IMG/VR virus record: IMGVR_UViG_3300021185_003947
DNA: 64,000 nt
Strand: one strand, 5' to 3'
DNA from: a virus
Lineage: Duplodnaviria; Caudoviricetes
Every line of letters starts with the position of its first letter. Position 1 is the first letter of the stretch. Under the pieces are notes generated by a model. The model had not been told where the DNA came from. It was given only the letters and a program-made list of their open reading frames with translations, and ran no database searches. Shown here in pieces: positions 1 through 7,988 of the stretch. A program made the translations under genes and the position numbers.

Positions 1-152
1 TCGCCCATGACCATATATTTCATACCAGCTTCTTTGCTATTATGCACAGCCATAATGTCATGGTTAAGACCAACTGAAATGTGAACGTGATGCCCATCTT
101 TATTTTCATTAAGTGTGCGCAATAGCTTTGTGTATCTTTTATCCATTTTCAT
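1..152 (-). CDS. Hypothetical protein, runs off the window edge
   Basis: My translation from ATG at 152 (MKMDKRYTKLLRTLNENKDGHHVH...) is open to position 1. It overlaps the stop of the upstream ORF (ATGA). Confidence 0.6.
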   Translation of the reverse strand, partial: MKMDKRYTKLLRTLNENKDGHHVHISVGLNHDIMAVHNSKEAGMKYMVMG

Positions 153-1375
153 CTTCCTGGTTTATCCCATCCTTTTAAAATATCTGGCGAAAAGTTGTTG
201 TATGAAAATTCTAATCTGTCAACAATCTTTACCGCATCACCACCTAATTTGTCTATAGCAACATATCCTTCTTCGCCAGTGACCTTAAATCCATTAGGTG
301 TCTTAACGAAAGTATCAATGCTCTTTAGCTTATTAAGTATATTTATAAGTTTTAATTTTACAACAATTATTAACTTCTGAAGATCAAAAATCTTTTTAAG
401 ATTCTCTTTATTTTTTTGTGAAAAGAATTTTAAAAATTCATCACGTTTTATCATCTGGGCATTTTTACCTTTTTCAGTTTTACGCTTATCAATTTCTTTT
501 TGATAGCGGGCAGTGACCCATTTAATTAATGCATTTACATGCTTTGCTGTATCTTTAATTTGCTCACCTTTGCGAACAAATGTGTTATTAAATGTCTCAA
601 TTGTTTGAGCTAAATCTCTATTATTTTCAAGAGTTTTTAATGTAGATGCACCAATTTGATTAAACAAAAAGCCTATTTCAGATAATTTTTTATTTACATC
701 TTCTGTTTCTTTAGCTGACATAGTAACTCTTGTTAAATCTCTTAGCATAGCATCTTGTGACCATACATCTGCACTTTTTCTTAGTTTTGAAACATCTACT
801 CCATATGATGCTTTCATTGTTTCAAAAGAATTGCCAGTATATGTAGTATGCCATACAATACCCATTTTAGCTCTTTTTACTGCAGTTGCTGCAACAGTTC
901 CAGCTGGTATAGCATATGCAATAGTGTTTGGATGAAATACTACGTACTTCTGTCCACCAATTGATTGAGTAGTAAGTTCTGATTTTGAATATAAAAAGTC
1001 TCCTTGGATCACACCTTTAATTCCAAGGGCAGGCAGATACTTTAAAGCTTCTTTTAATTTAGTATTTAGATCGCCTTTAGTATCAGCATCAATATCAGCA
1101 TCGGTTTTATAAACCATAGGATTTTTATTAAAAATGCCTTTTTTAGCTACAAAAAACTTTCCATCATTTGGATCAATGCCAGCAAAAACGGCAGGAGCTC
1201 CATCCCACTTAACGCTTACTCTACCTTCTTTTTTACCGCCTAGCATATCCCTTAAATCTCTTAAAGCGAATATTGCCTGTCGAGTTCCATTCACACCACC
1301 ATAAAGAACACGATCCTCAATATGAGTCATGTGAGTGTTCTTTTGTTCTGTTAAATAATTTCCAAATCTAAGCAT
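149..1375 (-). CDS. Conserved T4-like phage protein (DUF6267-like) with RNA-ligase/nucleotidyltransferase motifs; putative internal head protein
   Basis: KWDG (motif I), QGD, EEGYV (motif IV) and VKIVDR (motif V). N-terminus MLRFGNYLTE resembles a capsid-targeting sequence. Confidence 0.6.
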   Translation of the reverse strand: MLRFGNYLTEQKNTHMTHIEDRVLYGGVNGTRQAIFALRDLRDMLGGKKEGRVSVKWDGAPAVFAGIDPNDGKFFVAKKGIFNKNPMVYKTDADIDADTKGDLNTKLKEALKYLPALGIKGVIQGDFLYSKSELTTQSIGGQKYVVFHPNTIAYAIPAGTVAATAVKRAKMGIVWHTTYTGNSFETMKASYGVDVSKLRKSADVWSQDAMLRDLTRVTMSAKETEDVNKKLSEIGFLFNQIGASTLKTLENNRDLAQTIETFNNTFVRKGEQIKDTAKHVNALIKWVTARYQKEIDKRKTEKGKNAQMIKRDEFLKFFSQKNKENLKKIFDLQKLIIVVKLKLINILNKLKSIDTFVKTPNGFKVTGEEGYVAIDKLGGDAVKIVDRLEFSYNNFSPDILKGWDKPGR

Positions 1376-1384
1376 AATAGTTTC

Positions 1385-1954
1385 CTAAACATTTTTCGGA
1401 ATGTATTCCTTAATTTTCTTTTCAATAGCCGAAATAATCTTGTTATGTGTTTGGCTTAAATAGCGATCTTTTCGTAATCTTTTAATAGCCAATACAGTTT
1501 GAGCTGCATATTTCTTTTGAAAGTCTGCTGGTCGAGTATCAATGTCTTGAACGTTTGCTAGTCTATCTGCTAACTTTACAACCAATGCCCAACTTGACAT
1601 TTTAGCCATCTTATTAGCAATGTATTCGCCTTTACCAATCGCATCAGATGCAGCTTTATCAGTTGTTAATTCCTGAACCATATCAGCAACAAGAGCACCA
1701 AACTGTTTAACTAAATCCTGATATGTAGTATCTGTATCTTCAAGTGTATCATGAAGATACGCTGCTTGAATCATAGCTGATAAGTTATTAGACTTTTTAA
1801 ATTGTTTTACGAATCGAGCAACTTCTTTTGGATGAGCAATATATTCTCCACCACTTTTTCTAAACTGACCTTTATGAGCTTTTGTTGCAACACGAAGAGC
1901 GGTCAAAGCACTTTCATTAAGAGGTTCATTCATATGTGATTTAAAATTAAGCAT
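1385..1954 (-). CDS. RelA/SpoT-type HD-domain (p)ppGpp hydrolase (small alarmone hydrolase/Mesh1-like)
   Basis: AHKGQFRKSGGEYIAHP, AAYLHDTLED and KLADRLAN motifs; no synthetase domain. Confidence 0.88.
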   Translation of the reverse strand: MLNFKSHMNEPLNESALTALRVATKAHKGQFRKSGGEYIAHPKEVARFVKQFKKSNNLSAMIQAAYLHDTLEDTDTTYQDLVKQFGALVADMVQELTTDKAASDAIGKGEYIANKMAKMSSWALVVKLADRLANVQDIDTRPADFQKKYAAQTVLAIKRLRKDRYLSQTHNKIISAIEKKIKEYIPKNV

Positions 1955-1963
1955 TGTATTTTC

Positions 1964-2806
1964 CTATATTACTTTACCGCCGCCGGCCGGAGCTTTAGCC
2001 AATCTAAAACTAGCCATAGCGTCTATTGATGCGTGTTTTTTCGGACTATTTAGTCCTCGAGGCTGAATACGAACTTCAAGCTTTGCTGATAAATTTTTTA
2101 AAGAATCTAATTTTGTTAATCCATGCTGTGCAGCAATTTCACTCAGATCACTTTTTGATAAAATGCCATTAGTATCTACTAGCCATATTTTATCTTTTAA
2201 CATCATAAATAATACACTTGCTGCCGATCCGGCTTTAAGATTTTTTACAAATTTAGTTTTGTAATGATCAATAATTTTTTGGCCAAGTACATCACCTGTA
2301 ATTTGAGCAATTTGATAATTATTTGTTTGATTAGCAAATTCTTGAGCTTTTGTTTTACGATTTTCTTTATCTTTTATAATAGTCATTGAACCAGAATATA
2401 ATTTTTTAACGTCTTTACTAAAGTAAGTTTTAAGATCTTTCAATAATCTTTTACCATTAGTAATAGCTTCAGGGGTATTATTCATTATATCAATTAGCTC
2501 TTTCTTAGATTCACTCTTTAAATCTGGCGTTGAAAACTTTCTGCCGTTAAAATGCCAGTCTCTCATTGATCCCATTTGCGCTTTATAATCAGCTTTATAT
2601 TCATAGTGTAAATCAATAGTCTTTCCATTTTTTAATTTAACTCTATAAGCAAAGTCTGGAAAACCAGCATCAAAGCCAGCTGGAGAAACTATAGCTTTCG
2701 ATCCAACTAATTTATTTCCAAGATCAGCAAAAGCCTTATTTTCTGCAGCTTGCGCTTTAGCGCTTACTCCTTTTGCTTCAGTTATATAACTCTTAAATGT
2801 AAGCAT
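1964..2806 (-). CDS. Putative PD-(D/E)xK nuclease-fold protein, putative internal head protein
   Basis: FPD...EYK signature; N-terminus MLTFKSYITE. Confidence 0.45.
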   Translation of the reverse strand: MLTFKSYITEAKGVSAKAQAAENKAFADLGNKLVGSKAIVSPAGFDAGFPDFAYRVKLKNGKTIDLHYEYKADYKAQMGSMRDWHFNGRKFSTPDLKSESKKELIDIMNNTPEAITNGKRLLKDLKTYFSKDVKKLYSGSMTIIKDKENRKTKAQEFANQTNNYQIAQITGDVLGQKIIDHYKTKFVKNLKAGSAASVLFMMLKDKIWLVDTNGILSKSDLSEIAAQHGLTKLDSLKNLSAKLEVRIQPRGLNSPKKHASIDAMASFRLAKAPAGGGKVI

Positions 2807-2836
2807 AAACTTTTCCTATAGTAGTTTAGTTTATAC

Positions 2837-2844
2837 TATTTATA
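2837..2844 (-). promoter_or_regulatory. T4-type late (gp55) promoter TATAAATA
   Basis: Exact TATAAATA about 30 nt upstream of the ATG at 2806. Confidence 0.8.
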
Positions 2845-2845
2845 C

Positions 2846-2884
2846 AAAAAAATAAGGGCAAACTTTCGCCGGCCCTTATTTTTA
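2846..2884. terminator. Intrinsic terminator hairpin
   Basis: AATAAGGGC (2851-59) / GCCCTTATT (2872-80) flanked by A and T runs. Confidence 0.7.
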
Positions 2885-2915
2885 TTAATTGGATATAATC
2901 GGATATAATTGGATA

Positions 2916-3215
2916 TTAATATGGATTTCTTTTATAGATGTATGCATCTGCATGAGCAGCATCTTCTAAACGAATACATTGCCAATGACCACAGTAGTTT
3001 CCACCATATATACTATTTTCACCAGCTTTATATTTCCAGGCGTTTGGATTATCTTTACCAAGACGTCCCTGAAGCTTAATATAATATTGATGATTAAGAC
3101 CTTCTTGCTTAAGCATCTTATTCATGTATTTTACAAATTTACGAAGGTCTTTGATTCGCGCAGAATCTTTTGAATCATTAGTAAATGTACCAATATATGC
3201 GTCAGTGCGTTTCAT
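2916..3215 (-). CDS. Hypothetical protein
   Basis: 99-aa ORF co-oriented with its neighbours; no motif recognised. Confidence 0.6.
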   Translation of the reverse strand: MKRTDAYIGTFTNDSKDSARIKDLRKFVKYMNKMLKQEGLNHQYYIKLQGRLGKDNPNAWKYKAGENSIYGGNYCGHWQCIRLEDAAHADAYIYKRNPY

Positions 3216-3364
3216 TTGTCATTCCTTATATCATTTATCATTGCTGCAACACTCCAACCAACACCAATAATAATAAATCCCAAACCCACTGCTGGAGCAC
3301 CAGTAGTAATTAAAACTAAGCCAGCAATAGCAACAACTGCTGAATATATAAACATTACTGGCAT
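3212..3364 (-). CDS. Small membrane protein (50 aa, not in ORF track)
   Basis: MPVMFIYSAVVAIAGLVLITTGAPAVGLGFIIIGVGWSVAAMINDIRNDK; two hydrophobic segments and an ATGA overlap with the next gene. Confidence 0.6.
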   Translation of the reverse strand: MPVMFIYSAVVAIAGLVLITTGAPAVGLGFIIIGVGWSVAAMINDIRNDK

Positions 3365-3573
3365 TCATCAAATCCTTTAAATTCTTGTGTTTTGATAAAG
3401 ATAACATTTTTAAGTGTTATTTCACCAGTTTCAACCATGCGGTTGAGTAAGCTATAGATGAAGTCAAGTGCTTGAAATTCAGTAACACCATGGCGAGATG
3501 TTTCAACAGTTTCAAAAAAACCATCAAGATTGCGAGTGTAACGAAGAGTTGCGATGTTCATATTTTTATCCAA
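3355..3573 (-). CDS. Hypothetical protein
   Basis: 72-aa ORF packed within the early operon. Confidence 0.5.
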   Translation of the reverse strand: MDKNMNIATLRYTRNLDGFFETVETSRHGVTEFQALDFIYSLLNRMVETGEITLKNVIFIKTQEFKGFDECQ

Positions 3574-3648
3574 AAATTAAGGTTAAGATTGAGAATACAA
3601 AAGCCACATTCAATATGGCTGATGTAAGATTTATAAAGAAGGATTTCA

Positions 3649-4002
3649 TTAGAAGATTTCTCCAGTGATAACATTTGCAATTGGTTGATTACCAAGTGCA
3701 TCCCGAGCCATCATTTGTTCTTCGGCAATTTGTTCTGGTGAACGATTAGCTTGAGCAATTCTATAGTCGTTAAGAAAGCTTGAAACTTGAGCTTTACGAT
3801 AACCATTTGAAGTATGAAGTACTTCATCAGAAATAAGACCGGCTTCAAAAAAATCAGTTAGCATATCTTCAAAAGGAACACGATCGTTTGAGCTCCAGAA
3901 AAATGTTTGGTTAAATGTATCAACATAACCTCTAGCAAAGGTTTCAACAATTTTTTCTGCAGTGTAACCGGTGAAAGTCTGGGTACGATTATCTCTTTTC
4001 AT
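3649..4002 (-). CDS. Hypothetical early protein (likely start MKRDNRTQ)
   Basis: AGGAG SD just upstream of this ATG; early promoter at 4027-4055. Confidence 0.6.
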   Translation of the reverse strand: MKRDNRTQTFTGYTAEKIVETFARGYVDTFNQTFFWSSNDRVPFEDMLTDFFEAGLISDEVLHTSNGYRKAQVSSFLNDYRIAQANRSPEQIAEEQMMARDALGNQPIANVITGEIF

Positions 4003-4026
4003 AGCATATCTCCTTTTGATATATTC

Positions 4027-4055
4027 TTTATAAACTAGTTTTGATGAATTGTAAA
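4027..4055 (-). promoter_or_regulatory. sigma70-type early promoter
   Basis: (G)TTTACA-N17-TATAAA. Confidence 0.7.
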
Positions 4056-4056
4056 C

Positions 4057-4086
4057 AAAAAAATGCACCCGAAGATGCATTTTTTA
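4057..4086 (-). terminator. Intrinsic terminator
   Basis: AAAAAATGCA-TCTTCGGG-TGCATTTTTTT on the minus strand, downstream of the aldolase gene. Confidence 0.7.
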
Positions 4087-4119
4087 AATATTAGATAAAA
4101 GTGTGATATAAATGTTACA

Positions 4120-4914
4120 CTATGATGAACTAGCTTCGTAAATCATTTTAATATTTTTTGAAATAGCTTTATTGAATTCTTCTTGACTCTGATTAAAAAA
4201 TAAATTTTCGCTTAGTCCTCGACTAAAACTTGCTCCCATATTCTTATTCTTTTTAAGCCTAGTACAGGCTTCATCAGTAGTGTATCCACCACTTAAACCT
4301 ACAACTTTATCTACTGACGGATGCTCAATTGAACTAGTATACAAATTAGCAGTTTCTGGTAATGTTAATTTAAGAATACATCTTCCTTTAAAATTTTGTA
4401 GACTGCGATATAATTCATCTTCAAGAATAACTTCTAGTTCTGCTTTTTGAGGATGATCAATTGGTACTTCAGGTTCAACAATAGGGACCAATCCTTCAGC
4501 GTATATTTTTTCTGCATATTCAAATTGCTGATCTAAAACAGTTTTTAATATTTGTTCTGTTTTAACAATACTTCTCATTTTTGTTCCGTAACAATTATGA
4601 GTTAATGCATACATAATCATTTCGCTTAAGTTAAAAACTTTAAGAGTACCATCATCTTCACATCCAGAATCAATTTTAAGAAATGCCTCAATTCCCTTTG
4701 CATTTAATTCTTTAACAGCTCCTCGATCCACAGAATCTTTATAAAGAATTGCTGCCCAAATATTTTCATGAATAAAATCAGGTGAGTTGATCATTCTCAG
4801 TCTCATATCATGAACTAGATCCATTTTATTGTCTTCAGTGTATTCTACATCATAGCGTTTTAATACGCCACCAGTGCTTCCTCCGCTATGATCCATTGCT
4901 GCAATAAACTTCAT
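4120..4914 (-). CDS. fda: Class I fructose-bisphosphate aldolase (bacterial Fda type)
   Basis: FIAAMDHSGGSTGGVL, FLKIDSG, GTKMRS, PIVEPEV and VGLSGGY...SFSRGL motifs. Start reassigned to MKFIAAM. Confidence 0.88.
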   Translation of the reverse strand: MKFIAAMDHSGGSTGGVLKRYDVEYTEDNKMDLVHDMRLRMINSPDFIHENIWAAILYKDSVDRGAVKELNAKGIEAFLKIDSGCEDDGTLKVFNLSEMIMYALTHNCYGTKMRSIVKTEQILKTVLDQQFEYAEKIYAEGLVPIVEPEVPIDHPQKAELEVILEDELYRSLQNFKGRCILKLTLPETANLYTSSIEHPSVDKVVGLSGGYTTDEACTRLKKNKNMGASFSRGLSENLFFNQSQEEFNKAISKNIKMIYEASSS

Positions 4915-4915
4915 C

Positions 4916-5158
4916 TCACTTCTCCCATTTTTTAAGTCTTTCTTCTTTTCCAAGTTCCCAAGCTTCTTCAAATCCATCAAATTGACTTGGATCACAATTA
5001 CACCATAATCGTTTAAGGTATCCTTGTAAAACACCATGAACATCTTTAGTCGAATATCCTATAGGTATTAACATTCCTTTAACACCCCACATGAAACGAT
5101 TAGCTTCTTTTATTTCTTCAAAAGTCATATCTTCTAAAGAAGCTTGATAATTTATCAT
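4916..5158 (-). CDS. Hypothetical protein
   Basis: 80-aa ORF overlapping its neighbours in operon fashion. Confidence 0.55.
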   Translation of the reverse strand: MINYQASLEDMTFEEIKEANRFMWGVKGMLIPIGYSTKDVHGVLQGYLKRLWCNCDPSQFDGFEEAWELGKEERLKKWEK

Positions 5159-5487
5159 TCATATGTCTCACCAGTTTCTCGAAAAAAGTTTTCAGACCAA
5201 AAGGCTTTATCATCAATCCAAATATCATAATGTTCTTTTTTACCAACACTTAATTCATGATATTTTGCACCCCACGCCATAAGTTGTCTTCTAGTAAGAG
5301 GTTCATAATCAACACCACTCACACAACCTCTTGCAGTCATATATTTTATAGTATGGCCAGCATCATATAATTTATTTACTCTTTCAATTCTGTTCATCAT
5401 AGGTTCATGCAATTCATAATTTTTTTTACCATCAGGTTCAAATACTTCATTACATATAGTGCCGTCAATATCAATCACATATTTCAT
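5155..5487 (-). CDS. Small HAD-superfamily phosphatase
   Basis: IDIDGTI, MTARG and WIDDK motifs. Confidence 0.8.
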   Translation of the reverse strand: MKYVIDIDGTICNEVFEPDGKKNYELHEPMMNRIERVNKLYDAGHTIKYMTARGCVSGVDYEPLTRRQLMAWGAKYHELSVGKKEHYDIWIDDKAFWSENFFRETGETYE

Positions 5488-6464
5488 CCTTTTTCTCCCT
5501 TAGCTATGCATAATTCAAATTCTCTCAATCTCTTCCAAACGCTTATAAGTTCTACAACTACCGCCCAAGATTTAACAACATATTGTAAACTACTTTCTAC
5601 TCGACCAAATGCTCTAATTGTCTGTTGTAATGCACCAAGTGTAATAGTACCGGCAAGAATAGTTGGTCCAAGTGCCAAATAAGGAACAAGAACCATGCCT
5701 TGAAAATAACTATATCTGGCTAAATTAAAATAAGCATAATGCATATACGATTTAAAGTGAATGTTTCTTACCCAATCAAATAGTTCAGCAAGAGTTTTTG
5801 GCTGACCAGCCTTTGGATCATCTTCAGCATGGACTAAAACTTTACGATATCCAGCTTCTCGTTTTTGAATATCATACTCAATGCCTGGCAATTTAATACC
5901 AACTGCGGCAAGTAACATTGTACCACCAAGAGCAGTTGCAAGTGCTACCCACATTAAAGAGTTTGATACTTCTCCAAGAATTGGAAGATGTGTAACGGCT
6001 GCTGATAGTCCTATTAGAATAGGAATAAAAGCAATAAGAGTCATAATAGAATCCATGAGTCCTACACCAAGATCTTCCATAATACGTGCAAACTTAATAG
6101 TATCTTCTTGAATTCGCTGAGATGCTCCTTCTAGTCCACGAGCATATTTAAATTTATCATGATAGAATTCTACCATACTTGTACGCCATCTAAATATCCA
6201 GTGAGATACAAAATATTTAGTTGCTACCATAATTATAATAAATTTAGCTGCAAGCCAGCCAAAACTTGCAAGGGATCCATAAAACTCTGCAGCTGAAAGT
6301 GAACCAGGTTCGGCAAGTGCTTTTTGAAGATTATCGTAAAAACCTCCGAACCATTCATTTATAGCAACATCAATTTGTACTTGATACCAAGTTGAAAATA
6401 GAATTATAAATGTCCCGAGTATTGACCAATGCATCCATTGCCGTTGAATAAAAAATTTAAACAT
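5484..6464 (-). CDS. sbmA: SbmA/BacA-family peptide transporter
   Basis: DVAINEWFGGFYDNLQKAL, FRWRT, EGASQRIQEDT and FGRVESSLQY; multi-TM, no ATPase domain. Confidence 0.85.
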   Translation of the reverse strand: MFKFFIQRQWMHWSILGTFIILFSTWYQVQIDVAINEWFGGFYDNLQKALAEPGSLSAAEFYGSLASFGWLAAKFIIIMVATKYFVSHWIFRWRTSMVEFYHDKFKYARGLEGASQRIQEDTIKFARIMEDLGVGLMDSIMTLIAFIPILIGLSAAVTHLPILGEVSNSLMWVALATALGGTMLLAAVGIKLPGIEYDIQKREAGYRKVLVHAEDDPKAGQPKTLAELFDWVRNIHFKSYMHYAYFNLARYSYFQGMVLVPYLALGPTILAGTITLGALQQTIRAFGRVESSLQYVVKSWAVVVELISVWKRLREFELCIAKGEKG

Positions 6465-7515
6465 GATATGGATCCATGTCTAAATATTTTCCCCATTCGC
6501 TATAGTAGTGACGCATACCAACTTCGTCATGTATTGTTGAGTTTTCATGTCTTCCATGTAAAATATGTCTGTCTTCTGTACCTTCTCTCATTGTTGTACC
6601 CTGTCCAGTTACACCTAATAGATCTTCATGTAAGTTGCGTCCAAATGGTCCCCAAATTGTATTGTGATGTTTGATGCGCGTTTGTCTTTCTTCTGGAGTG
6701 TCTTTGCGTAATCCATATCCTCTAAATTCTATTAGCACTTTATTAGGCCCTAGCGGAGTAACACTATCTGATCGATAAGCACTACCACGTAAGTTAAAGT
6801 TAAAGCCTGGAAATAAGTCTACCATGTACCATTGGTTTGGTGGCAAATTAGGAAAACTCAGTTCTCCTCTATCACCTTCTTTATCAAACTCAGTATAGTT
6901 AACTGTAAAGCTACTCACATTTACATGTCCATTATCAAATGCAATATTCTTTCTAGCAAAATATTCATCATTAAATCCTGTTACACGATTAAAGTAATGC
7001 ATGAAGTCATGATAGAATTCGCTATTAGTATCGTGCCATAGTTTATAGTTAGTAGGAATAACTGCTTTATGATAATGAAAAATTTCTAGTTCTTCTGTCT
7101 CAATAGCATCTGCAATACAATCAAATGCACCTGCTGTCCATTCTTCAACACTTTGAGTTGGATTTGGATCTAATGTTACCCATACCATTCCACCATGTTT
7201 AACTTCGCAATATAATAATCTTCCTTTATAAGGTGAAACATATTCTAATGTGCCACTTGGTCTTGTTTCACCTTTGTTTACATATGCTTTAACGCCATCC
7301 ACTTCATTAATTGCAATAACATTAATACCTGCTATTTGTGTTGTTCTAAAGTTACCTACGTTGTACATCTCTGAAATATGGCACATAGGAACCCAAACTT
7401 TTTTAAAAATTTGCTCTTGTTCTTGTTCGAATATTTCTGCATTATTATATGCTATGCTTGAAATTGATTCTACGTTTGGTTTCTTTAACCAATTTTTGTG
7501 ATTACGTGGTGGCAT
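6457..7515 (-). CDS. Ring-hydroxylating (Rieske-type) oxygenase alpha-subunit homologue lacking the [2Fe-2S] ligands
   Basis: IFKKVWVPMCHISE N-terminus and NYK...EFYHDFMH iron site present; CxH/CxxH absent (SPYKG in place of CPYHG). Confidence 0.8.
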   Translation of the reverse strand: MPPRNHKNWLKKPNVESISSIAYNNAEIFEQEQEQIFKKVWVPMCHISEMYNVGNFRTTQIAGINVIAINEVDGVKAYVNKGETRPSGTLEYVSPYKGRLLYCEVKHGGMVWVTLDPNPTQSVEEWTAGAFDCIADAIETEELEIFHYHKAVIPTNYKLWHDTNSEFYHDFMHYFNRVTGFNDEYFARKNIAFDNGHVNVSSFTVNYTEFDKEGDRGELSFPNLPPNQWYMVDLFPGFNFNLRGSAYRSDSVTPLGPNKVLIEFRGYGLRKDTPEERQTRIKHHNTIWGPFGRNLHEDLLGVTGQGTTMREGTEDRHILHGRHENSTIHDEVGMRHYYSEWGKYLDMDPYHV

Positions 7516-7529
7516 ACCGATGCTCTCCT

Positions 7530-7988
7530 TTATGGATCTATAGTTTTTATAAAAGCCTCTCCATCCAATTCACTTCTATCTGCAATGAATAGAGATGGAT
7601 AACTATTTGAATTACCTCCAGGTAAGAATTGACCAGATTGTGGTATTCCAGCTTGTGTTTTATTTTTTGCTTGTTGTAATTTTTTTGCTGTTTCTCTATC
7701 GTATTCTATTTTATATAATCTATTACCTTTTTCAGTATAGTTTGCCCAAATGTATATATTATCTCCACCATCCATTATTTCGTGATGGACATAATTCCAA
7801 TCATCTTTTGGAAATTGTTCTATAGGCGCACCTGCTTTTATAATCAATAAATAAATAAGTCCAACAAGAAAAATTGACATTCCGGGCAAACCAATTAATT
7901 TAAAAATAAATGAAGCATTCGAGTAATACATCAACACAGCTAAATATATGCATAGTAAAACAGCTAAAGCAATAACTAATTCAATCAT
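7530..7988 (-). CDS. Membrane protein, third gene of the MotA/MotB-like module
   Basis: Two N-terminal TM segments; overlaps the upstream gene. Confidence 0.65.
   Translation of the reverse strand: MIELVIALAVLLCIYLAVLMYYSNASFIFKLIGLPGMSIFLVGLIYLLIIKAGAPIEQFPKDDWNYVHHEIMDGGDNIYIWANYTEKGNRLYKIEYDRETAKKLQQAKNKTQAGIPQSGQFLPGGNSNSYPSLFIADRSELDGEAFIKTIDP

Noticed and set aside
2890-2917. Three tandem GGATATAAT(C/T)-like 10-mers
   Set aside because: Short, AT-rich, next to a terminator, and not found elsewhere. Probably slippage.
4915-5043. Long N-terminal extensions in the ORF track (also 36841-37362, 37651-38646, 44041-44379, 44270-44812)
   Set aside because: The extensions overlap upstream genes in another frame. 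Downstream ATGs with SD and family-typical N-termini fit better.
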